Virus record (IMG/VR): IMGVR_UViG_3300020724_000008
Span: 1 to 59,954 of that record
DNA length: 59,954 nt
Source of the DNA: a virus
Lineage: Duplodnaviria > Caudoviricetes
Reading direction: 5' to 3' (one strand)
The first letter of the stretch is position 1. Every line of letters starts with the position of its first letter. Of the stretch, positions 38,446-48,495 are shown piece after piece. The position numbers were made by a program, and so were the translations under genes. The notes under the pieces were generated by a model. It was not told where the DNA came from. It saw only the letters and a program-made list of their open reading frames with translations, and did not search any database.

Positions 38446-38688
38446 TCAATTTCTCCGTTTAAAAGGTACAACCGCCGCATCTTCACTCACGGTTTGCGTT
38501 TCACCCTCATCACTCTCTTCACTAATATCAGTGCTGATCAACAATATCTTATCCAAAGGGATATAATTATCTTCGGTTATGACACCCCGATCCCGCCCAA
38601 TTCGAGCAATAATTTCGGCCATCGTCACACAATCCGAAAAATCTATAATGGCGGCGAGGCTGTCTAAAATGTAAACTTCAACCCTCAT
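38446..38688 (-). CDS. Hypothetical protein
   Basis: Coupled ORF in minus-strand operon; GGAG RBS. Confidence 0.55.
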   Translation of the reverse strand: MRVEVYILDSLAAIIDFSDCVTMAEIIARIGRDRGVITEDNYIPLDKILLISTDISEESDEGETQTVSEDAAVVPFKRRN

Positions 38689-38891
38689 TTATCTTCTCCC
38701 TTATAATCAACATCAGCCTCTGGTTGACCAGCCAAGCCGCAATAGCCGTGAGCAGTCGGCACCTTCAATGTGCCTCGATTATGCACAATAGTTTTCCGTA
38801 CATGCCACCGCCACGCCATGCATAACGAACCTTTACAGGCCACAAATTGTGCATTGAAACATGCGTATTTATGTGCATCCTCTTCGCGCAT
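38685..38891 (-). CDS. Small Cys-rich phage protein
   Basis: C.GS.CMAWRW...GYCGLAG motif. Confidence 0.65.
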   Translation of the reverse strand: MREEDAHKYACFNAQFVACKGSLCMAWRWHVRKTIVHNRGTLKVPTAHGYCGLAGQPEADVDYKGEDK

Positions 38892-39287
38892 TTAATCCTC
38901 CGGCGTGAAAATGAGATAACCCGGCGCAATCCGAACAGTCATATAAACCGTTTTCTTTTTGGCGAACCGACCCTCCATCAGAGCAGCAATCTCAGGATTT
39001 GAAATGGTCACGACACGCGAACGAGACGGGGTATTTTCAGAACCTACTGGCGTTTGAGTAAAACCCCGATATTTGTCAGTCGATACGCGCTGGCGCACTG
39101 CAAATGATCCTACGTCCTCCTCGCGGCCTATGGCCACAGTCACGCGCCCCTCCGGGTCAATGCCGGCCTTCACAGCCCAATCCTCATAATAACTGAATCG
39201 GTGATAATATATCGGCCCTCGACGCACCACATAACAGCGCGCTTTCGGAGTGATTGCTAGAGTTCCTTTGAGATCCTCAAACGCCAT
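38892..39287 (-). CDS. Hypothetical protein
   Basis: GGAG RBS; abuts neighbouring ORFs. Confidence 0.55.
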   Translation of the reverse strand: MAFEDLKGTLAITPKARCYVVRRGPIYYHRFSYYEDWAVKAGIDPEGRVTVAIGREEDVGSFAVRQRVSTDKYRGFTQTPVGSENTPSRSRVVTISNPEIAALMEGRFAKKKTVYMTVRIAPGYLIFTPED

Positions 39288-39288
39288 A

Positions 39289-39546
39289 TCAATGCTCCAC
39301 AATTTCATTAGGGGCATCATTCGTTGCTTCAATCGGCGTGAACCAAACTTTAACCATGTGATTTGCAACGGTGAAGGTTGCATTGGTCAGAGCGCGGGCA
39401 ACTGGCTCTGTCAAAACCCCTTCGACAACTTCCCAACCATTCGGACAGTCACCTTCGCCAACTGTTGCATACGCCAGACCGATGATGCTGCCATCTTTTG
39501 CTGCGGCCATTAACTGTTCAAGACGGGCAATAAGTTTCGTATTCAT
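39289..39546 (-). CDS. Hypothetical protein
   Basis: AGGAG RBS; LEQLMAAAKDGSIIGLAYA. Confidence 0.6.
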   Translation of the reverse strand: MNTKLIARLEQLMAAAKDGSIIGLAYATVGEGDCPNGWEVVEGVLTEPVARALTNATFTVANHMVKVWFTPIEATNDAPNEIVEH

Positions 39547-39689
39547 GTCATCTCCTAAACGACCGAAATGGCCGTTAGTGAAATCTGACATACAAATTTA
39601 TATTTAGCAATAGATTTGTGTTGCACTCTGACGTGTTCTGTGTAAATATTTTAATGCGATGATCGCAAATACGTTTTGAGGGTGTAAAT

Positions 39690-40031
39690 ATGGAGCAGCA
39701 TTATCCTGATTATCCTGACATTAAAAAAGCGGCTAAATACCGATCGCGCCAAAATTTGACAAAAGATGAAAAAAATGAATACGGCCAGATTGTTCTTAAA
39801 TTTTTTCAAGATGAATTTTGGCCTAAAACTCTAACTTCCGAGCCGCCTGTAAATTGTGCGAGCAACACAAGACACAACACGGGCAAAGCGATTTTAAAAG
39901 CCGTTCGAGATCAATCTTTAGCTGTGTTGAATAAAACGGTTGCCAAAGAGAAAAGAAATCGTTCTGACGGTTACATCATTGATCAATATCACGAACACAT
40001 GAAACAACAGAGAGAGGAGCTTTTAAAATGA
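39690..40031 (+). CDS. Hypothetical protein
   Basis: GAGGG RBS; first gene of divergent + operon. Confidence 0.55.
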   Translation: MEQHYPDYPDIKKAAKYRSRQNLTKDEKNEYGQIVLKFFQDEFWPKTLTSEPPVNCASNTRHNTGKAILKAVRDQSLAVLNKTVAKEKRNRSDGYIIDQYHEHMKQQREELLK

Positions 40032-40195
40032 CAGATGAATTTGCAAAAGACAACTTATTATCGTTTGCGGATCGCATCATTTGGAATGCGGCCATTGAGG
40101 AAGCGATAGACACTTTGATCGCCAGCCAGCAATTCACCGCCGCAAACACGCTTGAAACTTTGAAATTAGACATTCCGTTGGCGGTCGGTCGCTAA
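40028..40195 (+). CDS. Small hypothetical protein (55 aa, not in ORF track)
   Basis: GAGGAG RBS; ATGA overlap; WNAAIEEA motif. Confidence 0.55.
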   Translation: MTDEFAKDNLLSFADRIIWNAAIEEAIDTLIASQQFTAANTLETLKLDIPLAVGR

Positions 40196-40662
40196 TGGGA
40201 ATGTTATTGCACAAAGATCGAGTTGAGTGCGCCATGCCGGCTCGGATGATGTACGCCATATCGAAAATGGACGTATTCGTAATCAATGATCCTGAAGGTC
40301 ATGAGGTTCTGGCTAAAATGCAAAAATTATTGCAAACGGCTTGTATCCAACCGCTGTTCGGATTGCCGCCTAATGTCGGCAGGATCGTCGCCACGATCAT
40401 TGATAAAACGCACAATAAAGTCATGGCGAAATATGACAAAGGCCGGGCTGATAAGCTGGCCACGGCCATATATTATTTTCTCAAGGATTTGACCGACAGC
40501 AATTATTTGGAGTTGTGGGAAGGCTCGCCAATGGCCGAAGCTGCGGCGCTTTATCTCCCCATGATCGAACATATTTTTGAAGCTGAGAAGTTGGATATGA
40601 GCGCTCAAAAACAAGCGCGCGGAATGATGAAGCATTTTCAAGAATTGGGATATTATATATGA
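40195..40662 (+). CDS. Hypothetical protein
   Basis: Coupled ORF, 155 aa. Confidence 0.6.
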   Translation: MGMLLHKDRVECAMPARMMYAISKMDVFVINDPEGHEVLAKMQKLLQTACIQPLFGLPPNVGRIVATIIDKTHNKVMAKYDKGRADKLATAIYYFLKDLTDSNYLELWEGSPMAEAAALYLPMIEHIFEAEKLDMSAQKQARGMMKHFQELGYYI

Positions 40663-40835
40663 GAGACGTATCAATCTGCAACAGCGGTCTATGTCCGTCC
40701 TCTACGACATGCCGCAGACATCCAGATAGCGGTGCAATAGCCGATGCAAAATATCAACTGTATTCCTCGTTTGATCTGCCGGAGGATGCCGATCATTGCG
40801 AAGATTATTTACCAATGGAGGAGAATAAGCCATGA
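40659..40835 (+). CDS. Small Cys-rich protein (58 aa, not in ORF track)
   Basis: MRDVSICNSGLCPSSTTCRRH...CEDY; ATGA overlaps at both ends. Confidence 0.6.
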   Translation: MRDVSICNSGLCPSSTTCRRHPDSGAIADAKYQLYSSFDLPEDADHCEDYLPMEENKP

Positions 40836-41197
40836 AATTAGACTTTAAAAACAAAACCTACGCCCTGCGTCTCGGCAACGAATACCGCAATTATTGCGAT
40901 GATGCTGGCGGTGAACATCCCATTCATGGGGCGTATAAAACATCAACTGGCGAGTGGGAATTTATTGCAAACACCTTAGATGGAAAGTTTTATGTTGATG
41001 GCCGTAGCTATTACGACCTAATCGAAGTCAAAAAGACTCACACGATTACGTTTTGGGTAAATTATTATTCAAACAGTGAATTTACCTTGTATTATTCACA
41101 AGAAAAGGCTGACTTAGCTGCTAGCCGTAACCGTATTGCTTGCCTTCAGATCACCCGCACCTTCATTGATGGCGAAGGATTGGAGGACGGGAAATGA
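40832..41197 (+). CDS. Hypothetical protein
   Basis: GGAGGAG RBS; HPIHGA...DGKF...DLIE...WVNYY pattern. Confidence 0.6.
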   Translation: MKLDFKNKTYALRLGNEYRNYCDDAGGEHPIHGAYKTSTGEWEFIANTLDGKFYVDGRSYYDLIEVKKTHTITFWVNYYSNSEFTLYYSQEKADLAASRNRIACLQITRTFIDGEGLEDGK

Positions 41198-41379
41198 CCG
41201 CAAAGCTGATTAAAAAACTCAATGAACATTTAAAATGTTTGCTTAAATATCCAGAAGAAAGTTGGAATGACTCAGACCTCATCGAGGAAGTTATCCTTGC
41301 CTTTAAAGACCAGCAATATCAGATTGATGATCTGAAAGAGCAAATTTTCGACCTTAAAAATTTGGAAAATAAGCCATGA
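41194..41379 (+). CDS. Small coiled-coil hypothetical protein
   Basis: GGAGG RBS; ATGA coupling. Confidence 0.5.
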   Translation: MTAKLIKKLNEHLKCLLKYPEESWNDSDLIEEVILAFKDQQYQIDDLKEQIFDLKNLENKP

Positions 41380-41828
41380 CACACCCCACTTCGAAAGCTC
41401 TGCTTATTATTGCTCAACAAATGAACGAGCAAGGCGTTGATTTTCGCACGGACGTGCATGGCATCGAGGCACTTTGCTTGCAAGAAGCCGCATACGAGAT
41501 TGAGCGTTTACGCGCTGAACTTGCCGCACAAAATTGGCAACCGATAGAAACAGCGCCGAAAGATGCGTCATTGATTTTGATGAAATTTGAAAAAAAAGAT
41601 TTGTATAAAGATCAGGTTTTTGAGATGTTCTTAACCTGTATTCAAATTGGGCATGTAGATATTGTTTATTGGCTAGAAGATTTTGAATCTTTGCCATTTT
41701 TTGTCAAAGAATATGATTTAAAAAATGATAGATGGTTTTCAATTGTTGTTGGTCAATATGTAAACACCAAAAAACGAAACCCAACACACTGGATGCCTTT
41801 ACCCACCCCACCACAGCCGGAGAAATAA
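41376..41828 (+). CDS. DUF551-like protein
   Basis: WQPIETAPKD...PTHWMPLPTPP. Confidence 0.7.
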   Translation: MTHPTSKALLIIAQQMNEQGVDFRTDVHGIEALCLQEAAYEIERLRAELAAQNWQPIETAPKDASLILMKFEKKDLYKDQVFEMFLTCIQIGHVDIVYWLEDFESLPFFVKEYDLKNDRWFSIVVGQYVNTKKRNPTHWMPLPTPPQPEK

Positions 41829-42080
41829 ATGAGCGCCCTTATCAATCAGTTGCTTGAATGCGACAAACAAATTTTGGTCGATGAACTTTTAGAACAGCAC
41901 CACACGATCAAAGAACTCATGGCCGCGCTCAAACCATTTGCGGATTACGCATCAGGAGGACCTATAACACCGGGTCGTGTATGTATAATTTACCCATATC
42001 CGCATAATAAAAACACCGTCAGCGTGAACGCTTTTTTAGAAGCGTATTCGGTCTATCACACAGTTAGGAGCACAAAATGA
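41829..42080 (+). CDS. Hypothetical protein
   Basis: GGAG RBS; ALKPFA motif. Confidence 0.55.
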   Translation: MSALINQLLECDKQILVDELLEQHHTIKELMAALKPFADYASGGPITPGRVCIIYPYPHNKNTVSVNAFLEAYSVYHTVRSTK

Positions 42081-42781
42081 AAGTTGAATATATTGATCAC
42101 ATGGGTTCAGACCTGAGTGTGGTAAATGCGGCACGGGTTAGCTTTGATAAAGAAAGTAATTGGCAACGTATCACTTTCAAATCTGATCCAGATATTTATC
42201 ACGAATATCTATCCGATGCTGACAAGAAGCTCATCTCCTACCTAGCCAAGCATAATCATTGGTCGCCTTTCGCGCATACATGCGTTTCGCTGCATGTCAA
42301 AGCTCCGATTTTTGTGGCTCGCCAGCTCGGCAAGCATCAGGTCGGCCTTGTCTGGAATGAAGTCTCCCGCAGGTATGTGGACACCCCGCCAGAATTTTAT
42401 ATTCCTGAGAAATGGCGCAAACGCGCTGAGAACGTAAAACAGGGCTCAAGCGACGAGATTGTGCGGTCTCTTGTGCCTGACAATTTAGGATTAAGTTGCA
42501 CCCCGTCTACTGCTTACCGTGATGTTTATGAGCACTGTCTGCGTCATTATGACTGGATGATTGCTTCTGGTGTCGCCCCCGAACAAGCCCGTATGGTTCT
42601 GCCTCAAGCTATGATGACCGAATGGATTTGGACAGGCTCGATGTTGGCGTTTCACCGCGTTCACCGGTTGCGGAGTGACGCGCACGCTCAAAGAGAAACG
42701 CAAGAAATTGCGAAACAAATTGCGGCTATCATCGAACCGCTTTTTCCTGTATCTTGGGCGGCTCTTGGAGATCACACATGA
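42077..42781 (+). CDS. thyX: Flavin-dependent thymidylate synthase
   Basis: VVNAARVSF, HWSPF, ARQL.KH, NEVSRRY, PEQARMVLP, HAQRE. Confidence 0.92.
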   Translation: MKVEYIDHMGSDLSVVNAARVSFDKESNWQRITFKSDPDIYHEYLSDADKKLISYLAKHNHWSPFAHTCVSLHVKAPIFVARQLGKHQVGLVWNEVSRRYVDTPPEFYIPEKWRKRAENVKQGSSDEIVRSLVPDNLGLSCTPSTAYRDVYEHCLRHYDWMIASGVAPEQARMVLPQAMMTEWIWTGSMLAFHRVHRLRSDAHAQRETQEIAKQIAAIIEPLFPVSWAALGDHT

Positions 42782-42903
42782 CCAAAATTAAACCGATCAC
42801 GCCGCGCAAATTGACAGCGCGAGAAAAGATCACGCTCGGCGCCAGCAAAGGCAAACGCAAGAATGTCAAAATTACATTGGCCACCACGAGCCAATCGAAA
42901 TGA
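42778..42903 (+). CDS. Small basic protein (41 aa, not in ORF track)
   Basis: GGAG RBS; ATGA overlaps at both ends. Confidence 0.4.
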   Translation: MTKIKPITPRKLTAREKITLGASKGKRKNVKITLATTSQSK

Positions 42904-43097
42904 GCTTCGAAGCGCTCGATCGGAAGAAAAAAGTACACCCCAGAAATGATAAGTTTGCCGACATGGAAATCGGCAAACTTATTGTTGCGACCAGAAAGCA
43001 AAGAAACAGTGCCGTTTCTTATTGGTGGCTGCGCGGCGGTGCGATCTCATACCGCAAGATTGATGAAAATACATTCGTGATAAAAAGAACCCGATAA
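42900..43097 (+). CDS. Small putative DNA-binding protein
   Basis: FADMEIG...YRKIDE...IKR pattern. Confidence 0.5.
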   Translation: MSFEALDRKKKVHPRNDKFADMEIGKLIVATRKQRNSAVSYWWLRGGAISYRKIDENTFVIKRTR

Positions 43098-43113
43098 TCC
43101 GGAGCGATAAACC

Positions 43114-45222
43114 ATGACAACAAATCAAGACCCGTTCCAGACGCTCTGGGATATGGGTTATACCCGCCTCGTGCCAGTCATCCCGCCGAAGGCTCCGTTA
43201 TCCACAAAATCGTTCCTGTATAAGCGCGTTGAAGCTGGCAAAGATCCGAGAGGTAAAGTGCCAGGCGTCACCAGTGAATCCGGCCTGTGGCACTCCTACA
43301 ACTGGACAGGCCACGATGCCGAGCAGATCGACATCAAACGATGGTCGGCCATGAAAGCCGGTGTCGGTATTAAAACTGGCCACGGTCTAATTATGATCGA
43401 CGCAGACACGCATAACGCAGAGTATGCGGAGATCATCAAGCAAGAGATCATCAAACGTTTCGGCATATTACCAACGCGCATCGGCCAAGCACCGAAGGCC
43501 GGATATATCGCCAGAATCAGTGAAGATTTCCCATACGCACGCATCGACTTCAATGAAACCGAGCGCGTCGAAATTTTGACTGAAGGTCGGTTCTTCGTAG
43601 CATACGGGATACATCCGAACACAAACAAACCTTACCATTATCCAAACAAGCTGCCGAACTTTAATGATCTGCCAATCGTCACAGGGCAGCAGATCACCGA
43701 TCTCTTAGAAACTCTTCGCAATCAGCTACCGGCGCCTTCCCCGGTTATTCGTGAAGGCGCAACAACCCAAGTTGAACAGTCAAGCCTGATGGGCGACAAG
43801 GATCTTATCACCAAGGCTGTGAAAGCCACCCCGAACACTTCAGCCAATTTTCCAACCCGTGAGTCATACCGCGATTTTGGTTATGCGATCAAAGCCTCGC
43901 TGCCGAACGATGAGCCGCTCGCCCTGCATCTTTTCAAAGATTGGGCGGCGCGCTGGGAAGATGGCACCAATGAGGAAAGCGTAGTCGAGGCAGACTTCAA
44001 GCGTATGAAGCCGCCTTTCAGACGAGGCGCATCGTGGCTGTACCAAGTTGCGGAATCAACATCCAACAATCAATTCAGCGCGGCCTCACAATGGTTCGAA
44101 GAGATCGAGCACGAAGAACTGTTTCCGCAGCCCGCAACCAAGCCTAAAACCAAATACACACTAACCTTCGCAGATGATGAAGCCGACAAGGCCATCTCCG
44201 ATATGAATGCCCCGCTGATCAAAGGTCTCATCGACCAGAAGGCCATGACCATCCTGTATGGTGAGTCAAACTCAGGCAAAACATTCGTCGCCTTAGACAT
44301 TGCATATCATATCGCCACCGGCAAAGATTGGGGCGGAATGAAAACCAATCAGGGCGCTGTGATCTATATCGCGGCCGAAGGCGGCTCAGGCGTCAGACAA
44401 CGCCTTGCAGCAATGAAAGAAAAATACGGCAAAGCGGGCGAAAATTTCCGCACGCTTCTCACCACAGTTGATCTTCTCCACAAAGACGCTGACTTAAAGC
44501 CTCTCATTGATGCCATAACAGAGTCAGGTATTCATCCAAGTTTGATAGTAGTGGACACACTTTCTAGAGCAATGGCGGGTGGTGATGAAAATAGTTCGAC
44601 GGATATGGGGCAGATGGTAACGCATCTGGACATCCTGAGAATTGCAACACAGTCGCACGTTTTGGTTGTGCATCACAGCGGTAAAGACAGGGCAAAAGGT
44701 GCTCGCGGTCACTCACTGTTGCGGGCTGCCACAGATACGGAGATCGAGGTTGCTGATAGCAATATCTCGGTCACGAAGCAGCGCGATCTGCCTAAAGATT
44801 GGACATCGGCCTTTACATTAGATGTGACGACCATAGGCAAGGATGTGGACGGCGATGACGTTACATCCTGCACATTGAGGCTCATATCCGCCACGGAAGC
44901 CGCTCAAGAGGCTCAGATACCTGTAGAAGGGGTTTCCCTGACCGTTAAGGAGATTGAGGTCATTCAGATCATCACAACGCTGGAGGAACGCTCTCAGGAT
45001 GGCGGGTGCAATGCGGATGAAATCTTGGCCATGATGGGTGAGGATAAAAAAGATAAGAAAAGACTGGAGGCGCTCAGGTACACGCTGAAGCAATTGAAGG
45101 CAAAACGCATCGTTCAGCATCACTCAAGGAACCGATGGAAACGAAATCCGAACTGGAAATTACCGGAGCCGGAACCGGAAGTCGGGATTGAAACTGAAAA
45201 ATCGGCCAGCTTATTTGATTAG
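43114..45222 (+). CDS. Bifunctional primase-polymerase / AAA_25 (RepA-like) helicase
   Basis: GKVP, MIDAD, GIHP.T.KPY; LYGESNSGKT, YIAAEG, IVVDTL, VHHSGK, RGHS. Confidence 0.9.
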   Translation: MTTNQDPFQTLWDMGYTRLVPVIPPKAPLSTKSFLYKRVEAGKDPRGKVPGVTSESGLWHSYNWTGHDAEQIDIKRWSAMKAGVGIKTGHGLIMIDADTHNAEYAEIIKQEIIKRFGILPTRIGQAPKAGYIARISEDFPYARIDFNETERVEILTEGRFFVAYGIHPNTNKPYHYPNKLPNFNDLPIVTGQQITDLLETLRNQLPAPSPVIREGATTQVEQSSLMGDKDLITKAVKATPNTSANFPTRESYRDFGYAIKASLPNDEPLALHLFKDWAARWEDGTNEESVVEADFKRMKPPFRRGASWLYQVAESTSNNQFSAASQWFEEIEHEELFPQPATKPKTKYTLTFADDEADKAISDMNAPLIKGLIDQKAMTILYGESNSGKTFVALDIAYHIATGKDWGGMKTNQGAVIYIAAEGGSGVRQRLAAMKEKYGKAGENFRTLLTTVDLLHKDADLKPLIDAITESGIHPSLIVVDTLSRAMAGGDENSSTDMGQMVTHLDILRIATQSHVLVVHHSGKDRAKGARGHSLLRAATDTEIEVADSNISVTKQRDLPKDWTSAFTLDVTTIGKDVDGDDVTSCTLRLISATEAAQEAQIPVEGVSLTVKEIEVIQIITTLEERSQDGGCNADEILAMMGEDKKDKKRLEALRYTLKQLKAKRIVQHHSRNRWKRNPNWKLPEPEPEVGIETEKSASLFD

Positions 45223-45224
45223 AA

Positions 45225-45241
45225 TTAGACATGTTGTCTAA
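45225..45241. promoter_or_regulatory. 17-bp palindrome TTAGACA-TGT-TGTCTAA
   Basis: Identical copy at 50964-50980; related copies at 27996, 28688, 45418, 45437, 51032. Confidence 0.65.
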
Positions 45242-45249
45242 GATTACCA

Positions 45250-45495
45250 CAAAAACTCCGAATGAAACTCCGCGAAACTCCGCGGAGTTTTTGCTTAAAC
45301 TCCGATTTTCCGGTCTTTCGGAGTTGCGGAGTTTACCACAATACCCCCCCCCTAGAAGGGGGGTCTGGAAACTCCGCGACGAGACCCAGCGAAATGTGGT
45401 AATTTTTTATGTTAAAATTAGACATTTTGTCTATTTGGACATTTTGTCTGGAAACTCCGAATTGCCTCCGAATGGTTTTTGAAGGCGGAGTTTGG
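45250..45495. repeat. Putative replication origin with AAACTCCG iterons in both orientations
   Basis: About 9 copies of AAACTCCG/CGGAGTT, a C9/G6 hairpin and an AT-rich stretch directly after the primase-helicase gene. Confidence 0.55.
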
Positions 45496-45539
45496 ATCGG
45501 GTGTCGGGTGGGGTTGAACGCTAATTCGACCTGAGAAGG

Positions 45540-45640
45540 CCAAAGGTGCGGCCAAGGCGGCGGGTGCGGCCAAGGCGGCGGGTGCGGTCGGTGCGGTCGG
45601 TGCGGTCGGTGCGGCAAGTGCGGTCGGTGCGGCAGGTGAG
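45540..45640 (+). repeat. G-rich tandem repeats
   Basis: GGTGCGGCCAAGGCGGCG x2 and GGTGCGGTC-type units. Confidence 0.7.
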
Positions 45641-45749
45641 GATTGGTTGGGTTTCGGAAGGGTGAGGGGATTGGGTCGGAGTTAAGGGGGTTCGGATGTT
45701 CGAGGTTAGGGTGGGCGAGTTGCTGACCCTGTAGAACCCTTTAGGAGGC

Positions 45750-46091
45750 TCAGGGACGGGCTTCAGGGCGCTTCTGGCTAGGACGATACCCTTTTGGTCG
45801 TCCTCGACCTCTGGTGGGCTTCCTAGAGGCTGCGAGGGTGGCGTCGAAAGCGGCGCAGTCGGTGGCGGTCATCGGGCCTAGACCATAGGCGAGGGCGTGA
45901 CAGGCGATCATGATGTAAGCGGGTGCACCCTGCGAACGCCAGAGTTGGATTTGATTGATGCCGCAGCCAAGCAGGATTTTGAGTTCACGGCGACCCCATT
46001 TGCGGTTTCGCTTTGCCCAATCCAAAAATGCGGTGAAATCGGAAGCGGGCATTCGTTCGGATGGTTTTGCAACTACAGGTTGGTTTTGCAT
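45750..46091 (-). CDS. HTH-like protein with C-terminal AT-hook
   Basis: RRELKILLGCGINQIQLWR..GAP.YI.IAC.AL; RGRGRPKG. Confidence 0.6.
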   Translation of the reverse strand: MQNQPVVAKPSERMPASDFTAFLDWAKRNRKWGRRELKILLGCGINQIQLWRSQGAPAYIMIACHALAYGLGPMTATDCAAFDATLAASRKPTRGRGRPKGYRPSQKRPEARP

Positions 46092-46169
46092 GAATTTTTT
46101 TCTTTCTAGTAATTGTAGTATAGGAGTGCCTGCTATATTTTAAGGTATAGCAGACATTAAAATATAACC

Positions 46170-46562
46170 TTACTTTTCGTTTTTAATACGTTGAAAAGGC
46201 AAGTTGCTGATCTCTGGATTTTTATAATACTCTGTTATTTTTGTAACGATTTCGTCGAGAGATGCTAAGGTTTCTCGATGCTGATCTTCGACGGCTTTTT
46301 TTGTGATGCGGTTTGGCGCGCTGTAATTCCACAGTACAAGAAAATCCAGCATTGGATAAAAATGCTCAATTGCCTGCCCATCTTCGATAGTGATGTGTGA
46401 CGTTGATATTCTCGTTATCAGTGACCAATTCTTCGACCGGAACGTAACAATTTTTATACGGCGCATCGTGTTGTTATGCGGTGTGAAGGTTGTTGAGGCT
46501 TTCCACCCATATTCTGATTTGATGATGCTGGTGGTGATATTTTGACCTACAGAATTTTGCAT
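46170..46562 (-). CDS. Hypothetical early protein
   Basis: GAGGA RBS before ATG 46562. Confidence 0.6.
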   Translation of the reverse strand: MQNSVGQNITTSIIKSEYGWKASTTFTPHNNTMRRIKIVTFRSKNWSLITRISTSHITIEDGQAIEHFYPMLDFLVLWNYSAPNRITKKAVEDQHRETLASLDEIVTKITEYYKNPEISNLPFQRIKNEK

Positions 46563-46656
46563 GTTGTGTCCTCGGTGGTTTTGCGCCAATAGCGCGTTTT
46601 TAAAACATGGTGGCAAGTTGCCGACCATAAAAGTCGTGGCAAGTTGCGGATCTTCC

Positions 46657-46772
<116 letters not shown>

Positions 46773-46790
46773 ATCGTGACCTTATGGCCC

Positions 46791-46997
46791 CGACCCTCTG
46801 GCCGGCGACCCTCTGGCCGGCGACCCTCTGGCCGGCGACCCTCTGGCCGCGACCCTCTGGCCGCGACCCTCTGGCCGATCATGAATAAATATCAACCATG
46901 ACCCGCGCGCCGCGACCCTCTGGCCGCGACCCTCTGGCTGGCGACCCTCTGGCCGCGACCCTCTGGTCACAACCCTCTGGCCGCGACCTTTTGGTCG
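46791..46997. repeat. 14/15-bp tandem repeat CGACCCTCTGGCCG(G)
   Basis: About 12 copies in two blocks of 6 separated by ~35 nt. Confidence 0.85.
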
Positions 46998-47024
46998 AAC
47001 GCCCAGCCCTTAAAGCTGCATCAA

Positions 47025-47210
47025 TCACCTTTCTTGAATCGGTTCAATTTTAACGACAGTGCGCCTCTCTAAATGGGGGACCGCCTTGAGCGCCGCCATG
47101 ATTGCTGAATCACGATCGACAGCCTCAACAATTACAACCGCTCTATGAGTATCTGACCAACCGATCGAACCAACCAAAGCACCCCTCACTACGCATTCGT
47201 ATTTATTCAT
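47025..47210 (-). CDS. Hypothetical early protein
   Basis: GAGGGG RBS; VIVEAVDRDSAI motif. Confidence 0.55.
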   Translation of the reverse strand: MNKYECVVRGALVGSIGWSDTHRAVVIVEAVDRDSAIMAALKAVPHLERRTVVKIEPIQER

Positions 47211-47211
47211 T

Positions 47212-47691
47212 TTAGCATCCCCTCAGCAAATCATCCAGCACACCGTCGTTTGATGGCACACAATCACGCCGCGCCGCATAGATGGACACGCCCGCCCGCG
47301 CACAATATTCAGTTCGTTGCCGCACCGATAACGATTCCCAAAACGCCGCCGCCTCCTCAGACTCCAGCTCGCTCAGATGCGCCTCATCAATAACAGGATA
47401 ATCCTCAAGCGCGCCTGCAATCTCATCAGCAATTTGGAGCGCTTTATCATTATCTTGATGAATAGCAATCCACTCAACCCAGCCGCAGAGAAAGTGATCC
47501 TCAGAAACCACCTGCACAGTCTCAGACTCGCCGCCAATCAAATCCAACCCACGGATAAAATTCGATCGTTCCAGCGCGCTGCTATCACGATTTTGGCTCA
47601 AAAAAACATAGGTGGCAGGCCATACCGCGCCCATATAATAACGCGGCATTTGCCATAATTTTAAATTTTCTGGCTTATAAATATCTGACAT
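47212..47691 (-). CDS. Conserved hypothetical early protein
   Basis: GAGG RBS; RDSSALERSNF, H..CGWVE, LEDYPVIDE.HLSELE. Confidence 0.7.
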   Translation of the reverse strand: MSDIYKPENLKLWQMPRYYMGAVWPATYVFLSQNRDSSALERSNFIRGLDLIGGESETVQVVSEDHFLCGWVEWIAIHQDNDKALQIADEIAGALEDYPVIDEAHLSELESEEAAAFWESLSVRQRTEYCARAGVSIYAARRDCVPSNDGVLDDLLRGC

Positions 47692-47767
47692 ATTCGCACC
47701 TCGCAAACAGGCATAATTGCCCCCGACTGGTCACACGCTACCGCATGACCAGCCAATGACAATCCGC

Positions 47768-48400
47768 TCAGTAATAACGCGATCCGTTAGCCAAAAATCG
47801 ACTATCATCATCGTCGAGCAAATATTCACGCGCGCACTTTTCGCTGGTTTCGTAATCGTACGAATCGCTCAATTTTTGATAAATCAGGTCTGCAAAATCA
47901 CGGAAACATTGTTTAAACGCGTCAAAATCAAATGAGCTGGGATAGCCCTCGATATCAAACGCCATACAACCAGAGTGATAGTAGTGACCTGAATGTTTAA
48001 TGCGCGCGGTCAATTTGTAAAACGCGCGCCGCTGTATATCCTGCAACTGTTGGACAATCCCATGCAAATCCGTATCTGCCGGCGCGTGTTTTTTAACCGC
48101 AGCAAGCGCGCCCTTTTTATATTCATACGAGCCGTCAAAACACGCGCCATCACCCTGCGACCAAAAACCAGACCAGTAAATTGACGTACGCCAGCCCGTA
48201 GACCCGTCACCCCGCGTTGTTTTACGCATCCTCAGATCAAGCCCGATCAGCTCGCCAATATCAGCGCAGTGATCCAGTAACCAATCCGGATCAAAATACT
48301 CGCCTGCAGACTGGCAGTATTTTTCAATGACGCGCGTTTGCGCCTCCTCTGATAATTCATTAAATTTAAAAACCTGAATTTCTCGCACAATTGTGTCCAT
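47768..48400 (-). CDS. Conserved early protein of phage/plasmid leading regions
   Basis: AAGGTG RBS; VFKFNELSEEAQ, IYWSGFWSQGDGACF, IYQKL...YDY. Confidence 0.7.
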   Translation of the reverse strand: MDTIVREIQVFKFNELSEEAQTRVIEKYCQSAGEYFDPDWLLDHCADIGELIGLDLRMRKTTRGDGSTGWRTSIYWSGFWSQGDGACFDGSYEYKKGALAAVKKHAPADTDLHGIVQQLQDIQRRAFYKLTARIKHSGHYYHSGCMAFDIEGYPSSFDFDAFKQCFRDFADLIYQKLSDSYDYETSEKCAREYLLDDDDSRFLANGSRYY

Positions 48401-48495
48401 TATTACACCTTTATTCCTAAAATTATTGCCGCGCCCATACGCGCCCGATTATGGCTAATGCTATCATTGTTTACTGGATCAAACATAGCCGCCCC

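Noticed and set aside
45231-45617. ORFs across the iteron and G-rich region
   Set aside because: No RBS; sequence is dominated by repeats and palindromes and fits a non-coding role better
46791-46997. Possible CRISPR array
   Set aside because: Repeats are 14-15 bp and contiguous with no unique spacers; no cas operon
47768-48400. Toxin-antitoxin system
   Set aside because: This family is sometimes labelled antitoxin, but no cognate toxin or supporting motif is visible
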